From NCBI GenBank assembly GCA_004524445.1, contig SDNP01000005.1, forward strand, positions 1-64,000: 64,000 nt of DNA. Reading direction: 5' to 3'. Positions 20,270 through 30,895 of this stretch are shown here, one piece after another; position 1 is the first letter of the stretch; each line of letters opens with the position of its first letter. This DNA is from Candidatus Thorarchaeota archaeon (GTDB taxonomy: Archaea > Asgardarchaeota > Thorarchaeia > Thorarchaeales > Thorarchaeaceae). Under the pieces are notes generated by a model that made no database searches, was not told the DNA's origin, and saw only the letters and a program-made list of their open reading frames with translations. Made by a program: the position numbers and the translations under genes.

Positions 20270-20707
20270 ATGTCAAAAACAAAAAAGCGTAGAAAGCGTA
20301 GAACTTGGCTCATGCCACAGGAGATTGAAGTTTGGTACGTCATTCCAGCAATACGAAGAGAGCTAACCAGGATAATGATTGACAAGGGCATAGCACAGAA
20401 AGATATCGCAAAGATGCTTGGAGTCACGGAGCCCGCAGTAACGCAATACAAACTCAAGAAATCAAAGCGGTCGAGGGGAGACCAAGTTGAGATTGACGAA
20501 GAGATGAAGGCAGAAATCGAGAATTCCGCAGAGAAAATCATCGCAGCTTGGAAAGATAAAGAGGAAGGTGAGGTCGTCTATGAAGAAATGACAAGAGAGA
20601 TAAACAGAATTATTGCGCTCTTGAGAGATAGAGGCGATCTCTGCGAAATTCATAGAGAGTATTGTGCCCATGTAAAGGAAAACTGTGCTGCATGCAAGGA
20701 TTTGTAG
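20270..20707 (+). CDS. Archaeal XRE-like HTH transcriptional regulator (COG2522-like) with C-terminal Cys/His cluster
   Basis: PQEIEVWYVIPAIRRE...QKDIAKMLGVTEPAVTQY, and C-terminal CEIH...C...C..C. Confidence 0.85.
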   Translation: MSKTKKRRKRRTWLMPQEIEVWYVIPAIRRELTRIMIDKGIAQKDIAKMLGVTEPAVTQYKLKKSKRSRGDQVEIDEEMKAEIENSAEKIIAAWKDKEEGEVVYEEMTREINRIIALLRDRGDLCEIHREYCAHVKENCAACKDL

Positions 20708-20826
20708 AATCCATCATTGACAATAGACATAGTATGGAAAGCAATGGAATTTTCTCTTCACAAGTAATAGGATGAGATACTGCCCAGAAAGCTTTATTCC
20801 ACACTTTATCTTCTGTTAATCAACGT

Positions 20827-21573
20827 GTGGATGTGGAAAAAACCTTGGAAGGAGAAATTAGGGTTGAAACTGATGGTGAAATAGGCAAAATAACCATGAG
20901 TAGACCAGGCAAGCTAAATGCAATGACTGCGAAAATGCTTCAAGACTTTGACGAGGCAGTATCCAATCTCACTAACAATCCGGACATTTCTATTCTAGTT
21001 TTCACAGGACACGGAAAAAAGGCATTTTGTGCTGGTTTTGATTTGAATATGATCCAATCTCTTAAGGGAGAAGAACACTATAACTTCTTCAAAGGAATTG
21101 AGAAGACAATTTCAAAAATAAGGCAGGCTAGAACATGCCTAACTATTGCTGCCGTAAATGGATATGCGGTTGGGTTTGGAGCAATGATCATTTGTGCATG
21201 CGATTTCCGTTTGTTTTCGAAAGATGCAGCATTTCGGCTTCCAGAGATTGATATTGACATCTTTCCGGGCGCAGGTGCCGCTTCAAACTTGCTTCACCTT
21301 GTTGGACCTGCTCGGACTAAAGATATTCTCCTGACTGGAAGAATGGTAGCCTCGGGTGAGTGCTATAGATTAGGAATTGCAGATAGACTATATGAACTGG
21401 ATGAACTAATGGATGGTGCCATGGATTTCGCAAGGGAACTTCTCAAAAAGGACCAACTCATTCTTCTGCGAACAAAGACCCTAGTAGATGGAATGGCTGG
21501 TGAAACCATAGCTGATGCAGAGGCACTAGAAGCGACCTACTTAGAAGAATGGTTGCGAGAGCATAAAGAATAG
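20827..21573 (+). CDS. Enoyl-CoA hydratase/isomerase (crotonase) family protein
   Basis: RPGKLNA, AFCAGFDL, IAAVNGYAVGFG, LPEIDIDIFPG. Confidence 0.9.
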   Translation: MDVEKTLEGEIRVETDGEIGKITMSRPGKLNAMTAKMLQDFDEAVSNLTNNPDISILVFTGHGKKAFCAGFDLNMIQSLKGEEHYNFFKGIEKTISKIRQARTCLTIAAVNGYAVGFGAMIICACDFRLFSKDAAFRLPEIDIDIFPGAGAASNLLHLVGPARTKDILLTGRMVASGECYRLGIADRLYELDELMDGAMDFARELLKKDQLILLRTKTLVDGMAGETIADAEALEATYLEEWLREHKE

Positions 21574-21612
21574 TAATAAGCAGTACTTTGATTCGCTTGG
21601 TTAGGGATAAGA

Positions 21613-22905
21613 TTGTGCGATACAATCGTAGCACTCGGTAACTCTACGAAATTGAATCACACCATTTTTGCCAAGAATAGTGATAGACCACCTAATGAAG
21701 CTCAGGTAGTGAAGTACATTCCAAGGCAAGAATTTGAATCCGGTACAGACCTTCATTGTACTTACATAGAAATTCCCCAGGTTCAAGAGGTAAATGCGCT
21801 CTTCTTATCAAAACCATTTTGGATTTGGGGTGCGGAGATGGGGGCCAACGAACATGGCGTAGCCATCGGGAATGAAGCAGTGTATTCTAAGGACCCCGTC
21901 CCAGAATCAGGATTGCTGGGAATGGATTTGCTCCGCCTCGGACTTGAACGGGGAAAAACTGCGATAGAAGCACTTGACACGATGACAGAGCTCCTGGAAC
22001 GACACGGGCAAGGTGGTACTTGTGAGAGAGATGGTGTTCTTACGTATCACAATAGCTTCCTGATTGCCGATCCATCTGCTGCGTGGGTACTAGAGACTTC
22101 AGGACAGAGATGGGTCGCTCAAAAGATAGAAAATGTAAGAGCCATTTCAAATGGGTATACAATACACAAGTCTTGGGATAGGGGGTCTCATGACATCAAA
22201 GACTATGCGGCTGAACAGGGCTGGTGGGATGAGGATTCAGATTTCGACTTCGCTCAAGCTTATGAGAATGAAGCGATGAGGTATATAGCTCGTTGCGATG
22301 ATAGATTAAGCTGCTCGAAGGAATACCTGCAGAAGCATAAAGGGCAGCTCGATTTTTCGCTCATCGCGAACCATATGAGGAGTCATCCGGATTCTTGGAC
22401 CCCCTGGACACAGGAATCCGCTGCGATTTGTCAACATGCTAGTCACGTTAACTCATTTAGGACCACGGGAAGTCAGATTTCAGTGCTAGATGAGAATCCA
22501 ATTCATTGGTTCACGGGGAGTTCTAACCCTTGCATGAGCATTTATTTCCCCTTTTCATTTAGCGTGCCAAGTGTATATCGAGGAATGGATATTGGCAGAG
22601 AGAAATATAATCCTGAATCCTTTTGGTGGCGCAGAGAGTCAACAAGAAGAAAGCTCAGCAAACGATTTTCTAACACACAAAGAGAAATCAGTGCTTTGAT
22701 TGATAGAATGCAGAATTCCGTACTGCAGGTGGCTAGTCGGGATGTTGACCGAGATGCAGTTATCAGGTTGTCCCGTGTTGTTGAAGACGCACTCGAGGAG
22801 ATCCTTGAGGGTTCTGCGGAAGAAATCAAATCTGATCCGGAGTTCATCGACTACTGGCAGAAACGCAATAGCGAAGCAGATTTACCAGAGTCTGCAGGTG
22901 ACTAG
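21613..22905 (+). CDS. Peptidase C69/secernin-family Ntn hydrolase
   Basis: N-terminal (M)CDT nucleophile, AKNSDRP, WGAEMGANEHGVAIGNEA, GMDLLRLGLERG, YHNSFLIAD, AWVLET. Confidence 0.9.
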   Translation: MCDTIVALGNSTKLNHTIFAKNSDRPPNEAQVVKYIPRQEFESGTDLHCTYIEIPQVQEVNALFLSKPFWIWGAEMGANEHGVAIGNEAVYSKDPVPESGLLGMDLLRLGLERGKTAIEALDTMTELLERHGQGGTCERDGVLTYHNSFLIADPSAAWVLETSGQRWVAQKIENVRAISNGYTIHKSWDRGSHDIKDYAAEQGWWDEDSDFDFAQAYENEAMRYIARCDDRLSCSKEYLQKHKGQLDFSLIANHMRSHPDSWTPWTQESAAICQHASHVNSFRTTGSQISVLDENPIHWFTGSSNPCMSIYFPFSFSVPSVYRGMDIGREKYNPESFWWRRESTRRKLSKRFSNTQREISALIDRMQNSVLQVASRDVDRDAVIRLSRVVEDALEEILEGSAEEIKSDPEFIDYWQKRNSEADLPESAGD

Positions 22906-23303
22906 AAGTCCATCTTTTCGAAATACAGCTCAACCTCACCCTCAACAATCATCAGTGGAACTCGCCTGTTTGGAAGCCAAGGATAGTCTTCTTCATATTC
23001 TTCATAGGTGTCATTAGAAACAATGATACCATCTTTTCTATCTGCAGTTTCAACTATGAAGTAATCTGCATCGGTACCGGCTGGAGCCTGATGAAGAAAA
23101 CCAGTATCCTCTAATTCGTCAAGTAATTCTGGGTCATCTACCTCATGTCGGAGACTCGCATCAATGATGACTACAGGTCTGTAGCCCTTGGTCTCTAGCT
23201 TCTTGCTAACTTTCCGAAGATTGTCAATCTTGGGTTTATTGTTTTCAGATAGCTCAAGATAGGCAACATTCGAGCCATCAACAATTGCAACTTGCTTAGA
23301 CAT
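22902..23303 (-). CDS. NYN/PIN-fold ribonuclease, Zc3h12a(Regnase)/PRORP-like
   Basis: IVDGSNVA, DAS, DADYFI and IVSND acidic catalytic motifs. Confidence 0.85.
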   Translation of the reverse strand: MSKQVAIVDGSNVAYLELSENNKPKIDNLRKVSKKLETKGYRPVVIIDASLRHEVDDPELLDELEDTGFLHQAPAGTDADYFIVETADRKDGIIVSNDTYEEYEEDYPWLPNRRVPLMIVEGEVELYFEKMDF

Positions 23304-23310
23304 TGCTGAG

Positions 23311-23910
23311 TCAACCGTCTTTTTCTATTTCCTCTAATGTTTTTCCACTTTTCGAGGACTTGGGTTTCTCTTGTACGATGTCTGCATCACCATCGGCATG
23401 CTTATCATCCATCTTTATTAGAAGCCATCTTGAATCCTCGCTATTTCCAGTCCGGATAAGAACGAATCCACCCTGCAGCTTATTCCCATTGAGTTCAACC
23501 TCAACTTTGCCCTTCTCCAGAGTCTCGACCATGGTTGCGTTATCATCAGACTTCTCCTGCAGAATGTTGCGATAGGTTCCAATGTCCCAAACCATGACTG
23601 TACCGGCCCCATACTCCCCCTCGGGGATTACGCCCTCGAAGTCAGCATACTCTAGTGCATGGTCTTCAGTTGGAATAGCCAAACGCTTAACTGATGGATC
23701 GAGGGAAGGCCCCTTTGGAACGGCCCATGATTTCAGAACGCCATCAACTTCAAGTCTGAAGTCATAATGGAGTTTACTTGCGTCGTGCTTCTGGATAACA
23801 AAGATGGGTTCATCACCAGACTCTCTCTCACCGCCTTCCGGTTCAGGAGTCTTTGAGAAATCGCGTTTCTCTTTATACTCCTTCAATTTGTCATCTGCAC
23901 CCATCACCAC
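23311..23910 (-). CDS. Stand-alone LigD 3'-phosphoesterase (PE) domain protein
   Basis: [65 protein letters not shown]. Confidence 0.95.
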   Translation of the reverse strand: MVMGADDKLKEYKEKRDFSKTPEPEGGERESGDEPIFVIQKHDASKLHYDFRLEVDGVLKSWAVPKGPSLDPSVKRLAIPTEDHALEYADFEGVIPEGEYGAGTVMVWDIGTYRNILQEKSDDNATMVETLEKGKVEVELNGNKLQGGFVLIRTGNSEDSRWLLIKMDDKHADGDADIVQEKPKSSKSGKTLEEIEKDG

Positions 23911-23932
23911 ACCTCAATTGGGGAATCTGTTC

Positions 23933-24706
23933 CTAAAGCCAATAACCAGTCTTATCCAAATTCTCATAGAGTATGACTTCATAATCCCTCGTCAATTCTT
24001 GCTCAGGATTATACTCGGGGCTATTCTTAATATCCTCTTTTGATACATCCACGCCAATATGGGAACTAAGCCAGTCGACATCTTCAATCCACTCTGGAGA
24101 TACAATAACATCACGTCCGGGAAGCCAATCCCGCGTGTTTACTATGAAGTACCGTACCATCCATCTATTTTCTGGCACGTTCGCCTCATCTTCAATTAAC
24201 AGGTCCTCCAGATGTCCTATGCGCCCATCAGTCGCGTGAATATGATAGCCTTTGATCTCTTCAGCGCTACGGAGATGCATTGGCTCTTCTTCATCACCCA
24301 AGTTCTCTGAAACTACTTCACCCATTTCACTTGGAGTTGGTGGGGGCACTCCTGTTGGTGGTGGTCCAGCTGGCATTCCGCCAGGCCAATATGCTGACCA
24401 TCCATAGTAATTATGCAATGCCACCAGGTGTTTTTTAGACACAGGCCTTTCTGCTTCAGGCTCTGGGCTTTCTTTCACTTGCTTCTTCGGAACATTGAGC
24501 TTCAATTTCTCATTTTGCCAATCCATTTTATCTATTTCTTCTGGTGAAATCAATACTTTGCGGTCAGAAATCCAATCGCCAATATCAATGACCAGATATC
24601 TAACGCACCAATCACAATCATCAACATAAACGTCAGAAAGGTTGCCGATTTTTCCATCGGATGCTTCTACTTCAAATCTATCAGGGTCGCCTAATCTTCC
24701 AATCAT
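23933..24706 (-). CDS. Tandem PRC-barrel domain protein
   Basis: Two repeats, ASDGKIGNLSDVYVDD..W.VRYLV and ATDGRIGHLEDLLIED..W.VRYFIV, joined by a YYGW..YW and Pro-rich linker. Confidence 0.85.
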   Translation of the reverse strand: MIGRLGDPDRFEVEASDGKIGNLSDVYVDDCDWCVRYLVIDIGDWISDRKVLISPEEIDKMDWQNEKLKLNVPKKQVKESPEPEAERPVSKKHLVALHNYYGWSAYWPGGMPAGPPPTGVPPPTPSEMGEVVSENLGDEEEPMHLRSAEEIKGYHIHATDGRIGHLEDLLIEDEANVPENRWMVRYFIVNTRDWLPGRDVIVSPEWIEDVDWLSSHIGVDVSKEDIKNSPEYNPEQELTRDYEVILYENLDKTGYWL

Positions 24707-24807
24707 AATTAGATTCTACTCTCGTATTTAATATAGTTAAATCGGTTTATTAAAAGGTTCGGAAGGGGCGCCAGATGCTTCCTTTTCATAGAAACGAATG
24801 CTTAACT

Positions 24808-26886
<2,079 letters not shown>

Positions 26887-27005
26887 TTAAAACCTATAAA
26901 CGCCCCCATATCAGAAATATTGTTCATTCTGAGGTTTTTCTGAAACCATTTAGCTTAAGAGGGAATGTTACCTTCGCATCTTTCCCTAAGGAGGAAGCTT
27001 TCACA

Positions 27006-27980
27006 ATGGCTCGAAAGGCAGTAGTCGCTATAGGCGGAAATTCACTAATTAAGGACAAGAATCATCGTACGGTCCCAGACCAATATGAGGCAGCTGCAGA
27101 AACCTGCAAACATATTGCTGATATGATTGAACAAGGATGGGATGTTGTAATCACATCAGGAAATGGTCCACAGGTAGGATTCATTCTAAGAAGGTCCGAG
27201 TTGGCATCTCATGAGTTGCATGAGGTCCCACTTGACTACTGCGGGGCTGATACCCAAGGCGCTATAGGATACATGATACAACGAGCCATGTACAATGAGT
27301 TCAATAAACGCAACATGAACAAATCAGTGGCAACCGTGGTCACTCAAACGCTTGTTGATAAAAAAGATCCAGCATTTGAGAACCCCGCAAAACCTGTTGG
27401 GTCATTCATGGAGGAGAAGGAAGCTAAAAAGCGAGAAAAAGAAGAAGGGTGGCAAGTGGTTGAAGACGCTGGAAGAGGTTGGAGAAGAGTTGTGCCTTCA
27501 CCAATTCCAAAGAAGATTATAGAGTTACCAGCGATTGAAGCGCTCATAAGAGAGGGAATCATTGTCTATGCAGTCGGGGGAGGCGGCATTCCTGTCATAG
27601 AAAATGACAAGGGCAATCTTGAAGGTGTTGCTGCCGTGATTGACAAGGATCGAGCCTCCGCGTTGCTCGCAAACGGTCTGGATGCAAATGTACTTCTCAT
27701 ATCAACAGCCGTAGAAAAAGTATACTTGAACTTCGGTACTGACGACCAAGAGCCTATAGACAAGATGGACCATATTCAAGCTCAGAAGTATATGGAAGAA
27801 GGACACTTTGCAGCCGGCAGCATGCTTCCAAAAGTAGAGGCCTGTATTTCATTTATCCAGCGGGGTGGAGAGATGGCCATAATAACTGATCCTCTAAATA
27901 TCACAAAGGCTCTACGAGGAGAAACAGGTACACGGATTGTAAGAGGTTACCAAGTCCCGCCCCCGCCGGAAAGACGCTAG
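27006..27980 (+). CDS. arcC: Carbamate kinase
   Basis: AIGGNSL, GNGPQVG, DPAFENPAKPVG, GWRRVVPSP, GGGGIPV, AVIDKD, GSMLPK. Start placed at MARKAVV after AGGAGG. Confidence 0.95.
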   Translation: MARKAVVAIGGNSLIKDKNHRTVPDQYEAAAETCKHIADMIEQGWDVVITSGNGPQVGFILRRSELASHELHEVPLDYCGADTQGAIGYMIQRAMYNEFNKRNMNKSVATVVTQTLVDKKDPAFENPAKPVGSFMEEKEAKKREKEEGWQVVEDAGRGWRRVVPSPIPKKIIELPAIEALIREGIIVYAVGGGGIPVIENDKGNLEGVAAVIDKDRASALLANGLDANVLLISTAVEKVYLNFGTDDQEPIDKMDHIQAQKYMEEGHFAAGSMLPKVEACISFIQRGGEMAIITDPLNITKALRGETGTRIVRGYQVPPPPERR

Positions 27981-28064
27981 TGTTTCTGCCTGTAGGTTAG
28001 CCAACGATTCTGCAATTCCAGTCGGAGAGATAGATTAATACAGCGGGCTGCCTGAGTCTGCTCG

Positions 28065-28451
28065 ATGAAAATGGTGCGAGAAGTAATATCGACAGCAGAC
28101 GCTCCAAAGGCTATTGGACCGTATTCGCAAGGAATCGCAACAGCAGACCTCGTTTTCTGTTCAGGACAAATTCCCATGAATCCTGAAACTGGTGAGTTAG
28201 TTCACGGCACCATAACCGAGCAGACAAAACAGTGTCTAAGCAACTTGAAAGCGGTCTTGGAAGCGGCTGGTTCCTCACTATCGAAAGTGGTGAAAGTCAC
28301 AGTCTTTCTGAATAACATGGACGATTTCTTAATGATGAATGAGGAATACTCCAAATGGTTCACCAAGGATCCACCAGCCCGCGCAGCAGTTGAAGTGGCA
28401 AGGCTGCCAAAGGATGTAGGTATCGAGATTCAGGCAACAGCTACAAGGTAA
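28065..28451 (+). CDS. ridA: RidA/YjgF family enamine/imine deaminase
   Basis: APKAIGPYSQG, SGQIP, NLKAVLEAAG, PPARAAVEVARLPKD. Confidence 0.93.
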   Translation: MKMVREVISTADAPKAIGPYSQGIATADLVFCSGQIPMNPETGELVHGTITEQTKQCLSNLKAVLEAAGSSLSKVVKVTVFLNNMDDFLMMNEEYSKWFTKDPPARAAVEVARLPKDVGIEIQATATR

Positions 28452-28494
28452 GCCGTTCATCATCTACAACCTGAGAGATGATGCAGGCTTTTTT
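28450..28494 (+). terminator. Hairpin plus T-tract after ridA
   Basis: AAGCC..CATCATCT / AGATGATG..GGCTT inverted repeat followed by TTTT. Confidence 0.55.
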
Positions 28495-28623
28495 CTCGTG
28501 CTTCTTCTCAAGTCGATTGACCTGAATTGACCCTTCCACCGACATACGATAAGATTTTTATCTGCCACCGATATGCTCTGCGATACATAACGCCATATGA
28601 AAATGTGGAAAAATGTGATACTC

Positions 28624-30078
28624 ATGAGCGGGTCAAAAACAAAACTATACGGAGTTTTAGCACTGATCATTATAGTGGCAGGAGCTGCGTTGGCCACAAT
28701 CTACCTAATGCAACCCCAAGAAGGTGGGCCGTCGATCACCGTGATTGGTGCAGATGGCACCGAACAGGAAGTCAGTCTTTCAGAAATGAGAGCTATGCAC
28801 ATTGTAAGTGGATATACATCATTTCAGAATTCATTCGGAAATGTACGAGGACAGGGCACCTATTCAGGCGTCAGAATCTCAGATTTGATTGAGCTGGTTG
28901 GCGGAATGGAGGAACAGGATAGGGTTGTTGTGAATGCGACTGACGGTTACGAGGTGACCTACGGGTATCAAAAAGTGTATCCTGAAGGGTCAAACCTTGA
29001 CCTCCAGGGAGATATGATTTTGGCTTTCGAATACAACGGAACTACTGTCCCGGATTGGGAAGATGGTTACAGAGTAATATTCGTTCCTGAAGATGGGTAT
29101 TATGACAACTCTGATGCTGAAGCGACAACTTCAGAGGAACTCTTTGGCGGTTCTGCTGGACCACAATGCGTTAGCAGCGTAGAAACCATCAAAGTCAACA
29201 ATATTGCGCCTCCCGCGTTAACAGTACAGACAGAGTCAGAAACTTTAGGATTTACAATGGAAGAGATTCAAGAAATGCCTTCGGTGACTGGGGATGCTGG
29301 ATATGTCAAATCAACTGGGACTATTGAAGGCCCATTCACGTATACAGGCGTTGAATTGGAGTATCTCCTTAACCAGACCGAGTATTTGCCACCAGAGTAT
29401 GGGCTAGAGGTCGTTGCCTCAGATGATTATACTTTATATTTCAATAGCACCGAGGCACAAGGCGAGCTTCGGGCATACAACTCAACCACTGGTGAAGTGG
29501 TCGGTCGGAGTAATTTCACCCCTGTTCTGGCGTATTACGAAGACGGTGAACCTCTAGCGCATGGAGGGCCGATACGCATGGCCTTCTTTAATGACGAAGG
29601 CTATTTCACTGACGGACACTACTATATCCAAGATGTTGTGAATATTACTGTTCTAAGCCGAGTCAACGCTTGGCAGCTGGAACTTTCCGGAGTAGAATCC
29701 TTCAATATGTCCCATGATGTATTCTATTCAGCTGCATCATGTACACATCATAGGAAAGCAGTCACAAATAACGGGACCGAATATGAAGGACTCGCTCTCT
29801 GGACAATCGTTTCTGCAATGGATGGAGCAGACGACGAACACTTCCAGTTCAACTCAAGCCTTGTTACAAAGAACTATACAGTCACCTTATACGATTCCCT
29901 AGAGAATTCTGTATCATTCAATGCATACGAGGTCGCCTATAATGATAGCCTTGTTCTCGCAGCCTGGGCCCATGGAGATCTACTCAGTGAACCAGATTGG
30001 CCAATCATATTGGTATCTGAGGATGGAGATCGAAATCTGGGCAATATTGTAAAAATTGAGATGACTGGTTGGGAATAA
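28624..30078 (+). CDS. Membrane-anchored extracellular protein with repeated molybdopterin-oxidoreductase-like domains
   Basis: N-terminal TM anchor. Repeats of (Y/F)xGV/L..L...A.DGY...LA(F/Y)..(N/D)G, e.g. YSGVRISDL..ATDGY, YTGVELEYLL..ASDDY, YEGLALW. Confidence 0.6.
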   Translation: MSGSKTKLYGVLALIIIVAGAALATIYLMQPQEGGPSITVIGADGTEQEVSLSEMRAMHIVSGYTSFQNSFGNVRGQGTYSGVRISDLIELVGGMEEQDRVVVNATDGYEVTYGYQKVYPEGSNLDLQGDMILAFEYNGTTVPDWEDGYRVIFVPEDGYYDNSDAEATTSEELFGGSAGPQCVSSVETIKVNNIAPPALTVQTESETLGFTMEEIQEMPSVTGDAGYVKSTGTIEGPFTYTGVELEYLLNQTEYLPPEYGLEVVASDDYTLYFNSTEAQGELRAYNSTTGEVVGRSNFTPVLAYYEDGEPLAHGGPIRMAFFNDEGYFTDGHYYIQDVVNITVLSRVNAWQLELSGVESFNMSHDVFYSAASCTHHRKAVTNNGTEYEGLALWTIVSAMDGADDEHFQFNSSLVTKNYTVTLYDSLENSVSFNAYEVAYNDSLVLAAWAHGDLLSEPDWPIILVSEDGDRNLGNIVKIEMTGWE

Positions 30079-30083
30079 AATTA

Positions 30084-30116
30084 GAGGTTGGGAGTGGCCA
30101 AGAGCACTCCCTCCTC
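30084..30116 (+). terminator. GC-rich stem-loop downstream of the 28.6-kb gene
   Basis: GAGG..GGGAGTG / CACTCCC.CCTC inverted repeat just after the stop codon. Confidence 0.4.
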
Positions 30117-30221
30117 AATCTATCCAATATTGCAATCAAAGCAAGACTTTTTTGCTCAGATTTTGGGGCGCTTCTTAAGGTCTTGATTCATATAGAATTC
30201 AGATCGGAAGGGAAATTCTCA

Positions 30222-30851
30222 ATGGATTGCGGAAATAAAGGAAATGACGATATAGGCTCTATTCTCAATCATGCTTCATTACTCATGAAGAATTCAGAAT
30301 TCGACGAGGCTATACAAACTCTTGAGAGAGCTATTGACCGTTACCCCTGCAATAGGGGTCTATGGGAACAAGTCATTGCCTGCAATATTGAACTGAAAAA
30401 ACCCAAGCAAGCCATCATAGCTCTAGACAGAATGCTATCCATTGAGCCAAATCAGAGCCAGGTATGGGCCGATAAGGCATTTTTGCATCTCTTGCTAAGC
30501 GAAGTAGATGAAGGCATTGCAGCTCTAGAAAATAGCCTTGGGTTGTATCCAAGAAATGCTAGCGGCTGGCAGCTGTTGGCAATGGCATATATGGGAGGAG
30601 AGGAATGGGATAGGGCGGCTTCTGCGTTAGAAAAAGCGATACAGCTGAATCCCAACTCAGGAATCATCTGGTACAATTATGCTGCCTGCAAATTCATAAT
30701 GGGAGAGAATCAAGAGGCGATTGCGGCCGCAGAGTACTCCTTTTCCTTGAATCCTGGCTTGGAACAATATGCAGACGACTGGATTGATTTTGCTAGAGAT
30801 GAAAGAAGTATGAACATATCGCTAGATAGCTTTATGGCTTCAGCAGGCTAA
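30222..30851 (+). CDS. Tetratricopeptide repeat protein
   Basis: About five 34-aa TPR units (EAIQTLERAIDRYP, ALDRMLSIEPN, ALENSLGLYPRN, ALEKAIQLNPN, SFSLNP). Start placed at MDCGNK. Confidence 0.85.
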   Translation: MDCGNKGNDDIGSILNHASLLMKNSEFDEAIQTLERAIDRYPCNRGLWEQVIACNIELKKPKQAIIALDRMLSIEPNQSQVWADKAFLHLLLSEVDEGIAALENSLGLYPRNASGWQLLAMAYMGGEEWDRAASALEKAIQLNPNSGIIWYNYAACKFIMGENQEAIAAAEYSFSLNPGLEQYADDWIDFARDERSMNISLDSFMASAG

Positions 30852-30895
30852 ATGGAACATCGTTGAATTATTAACTCTTCAGGATAGATTTAATG

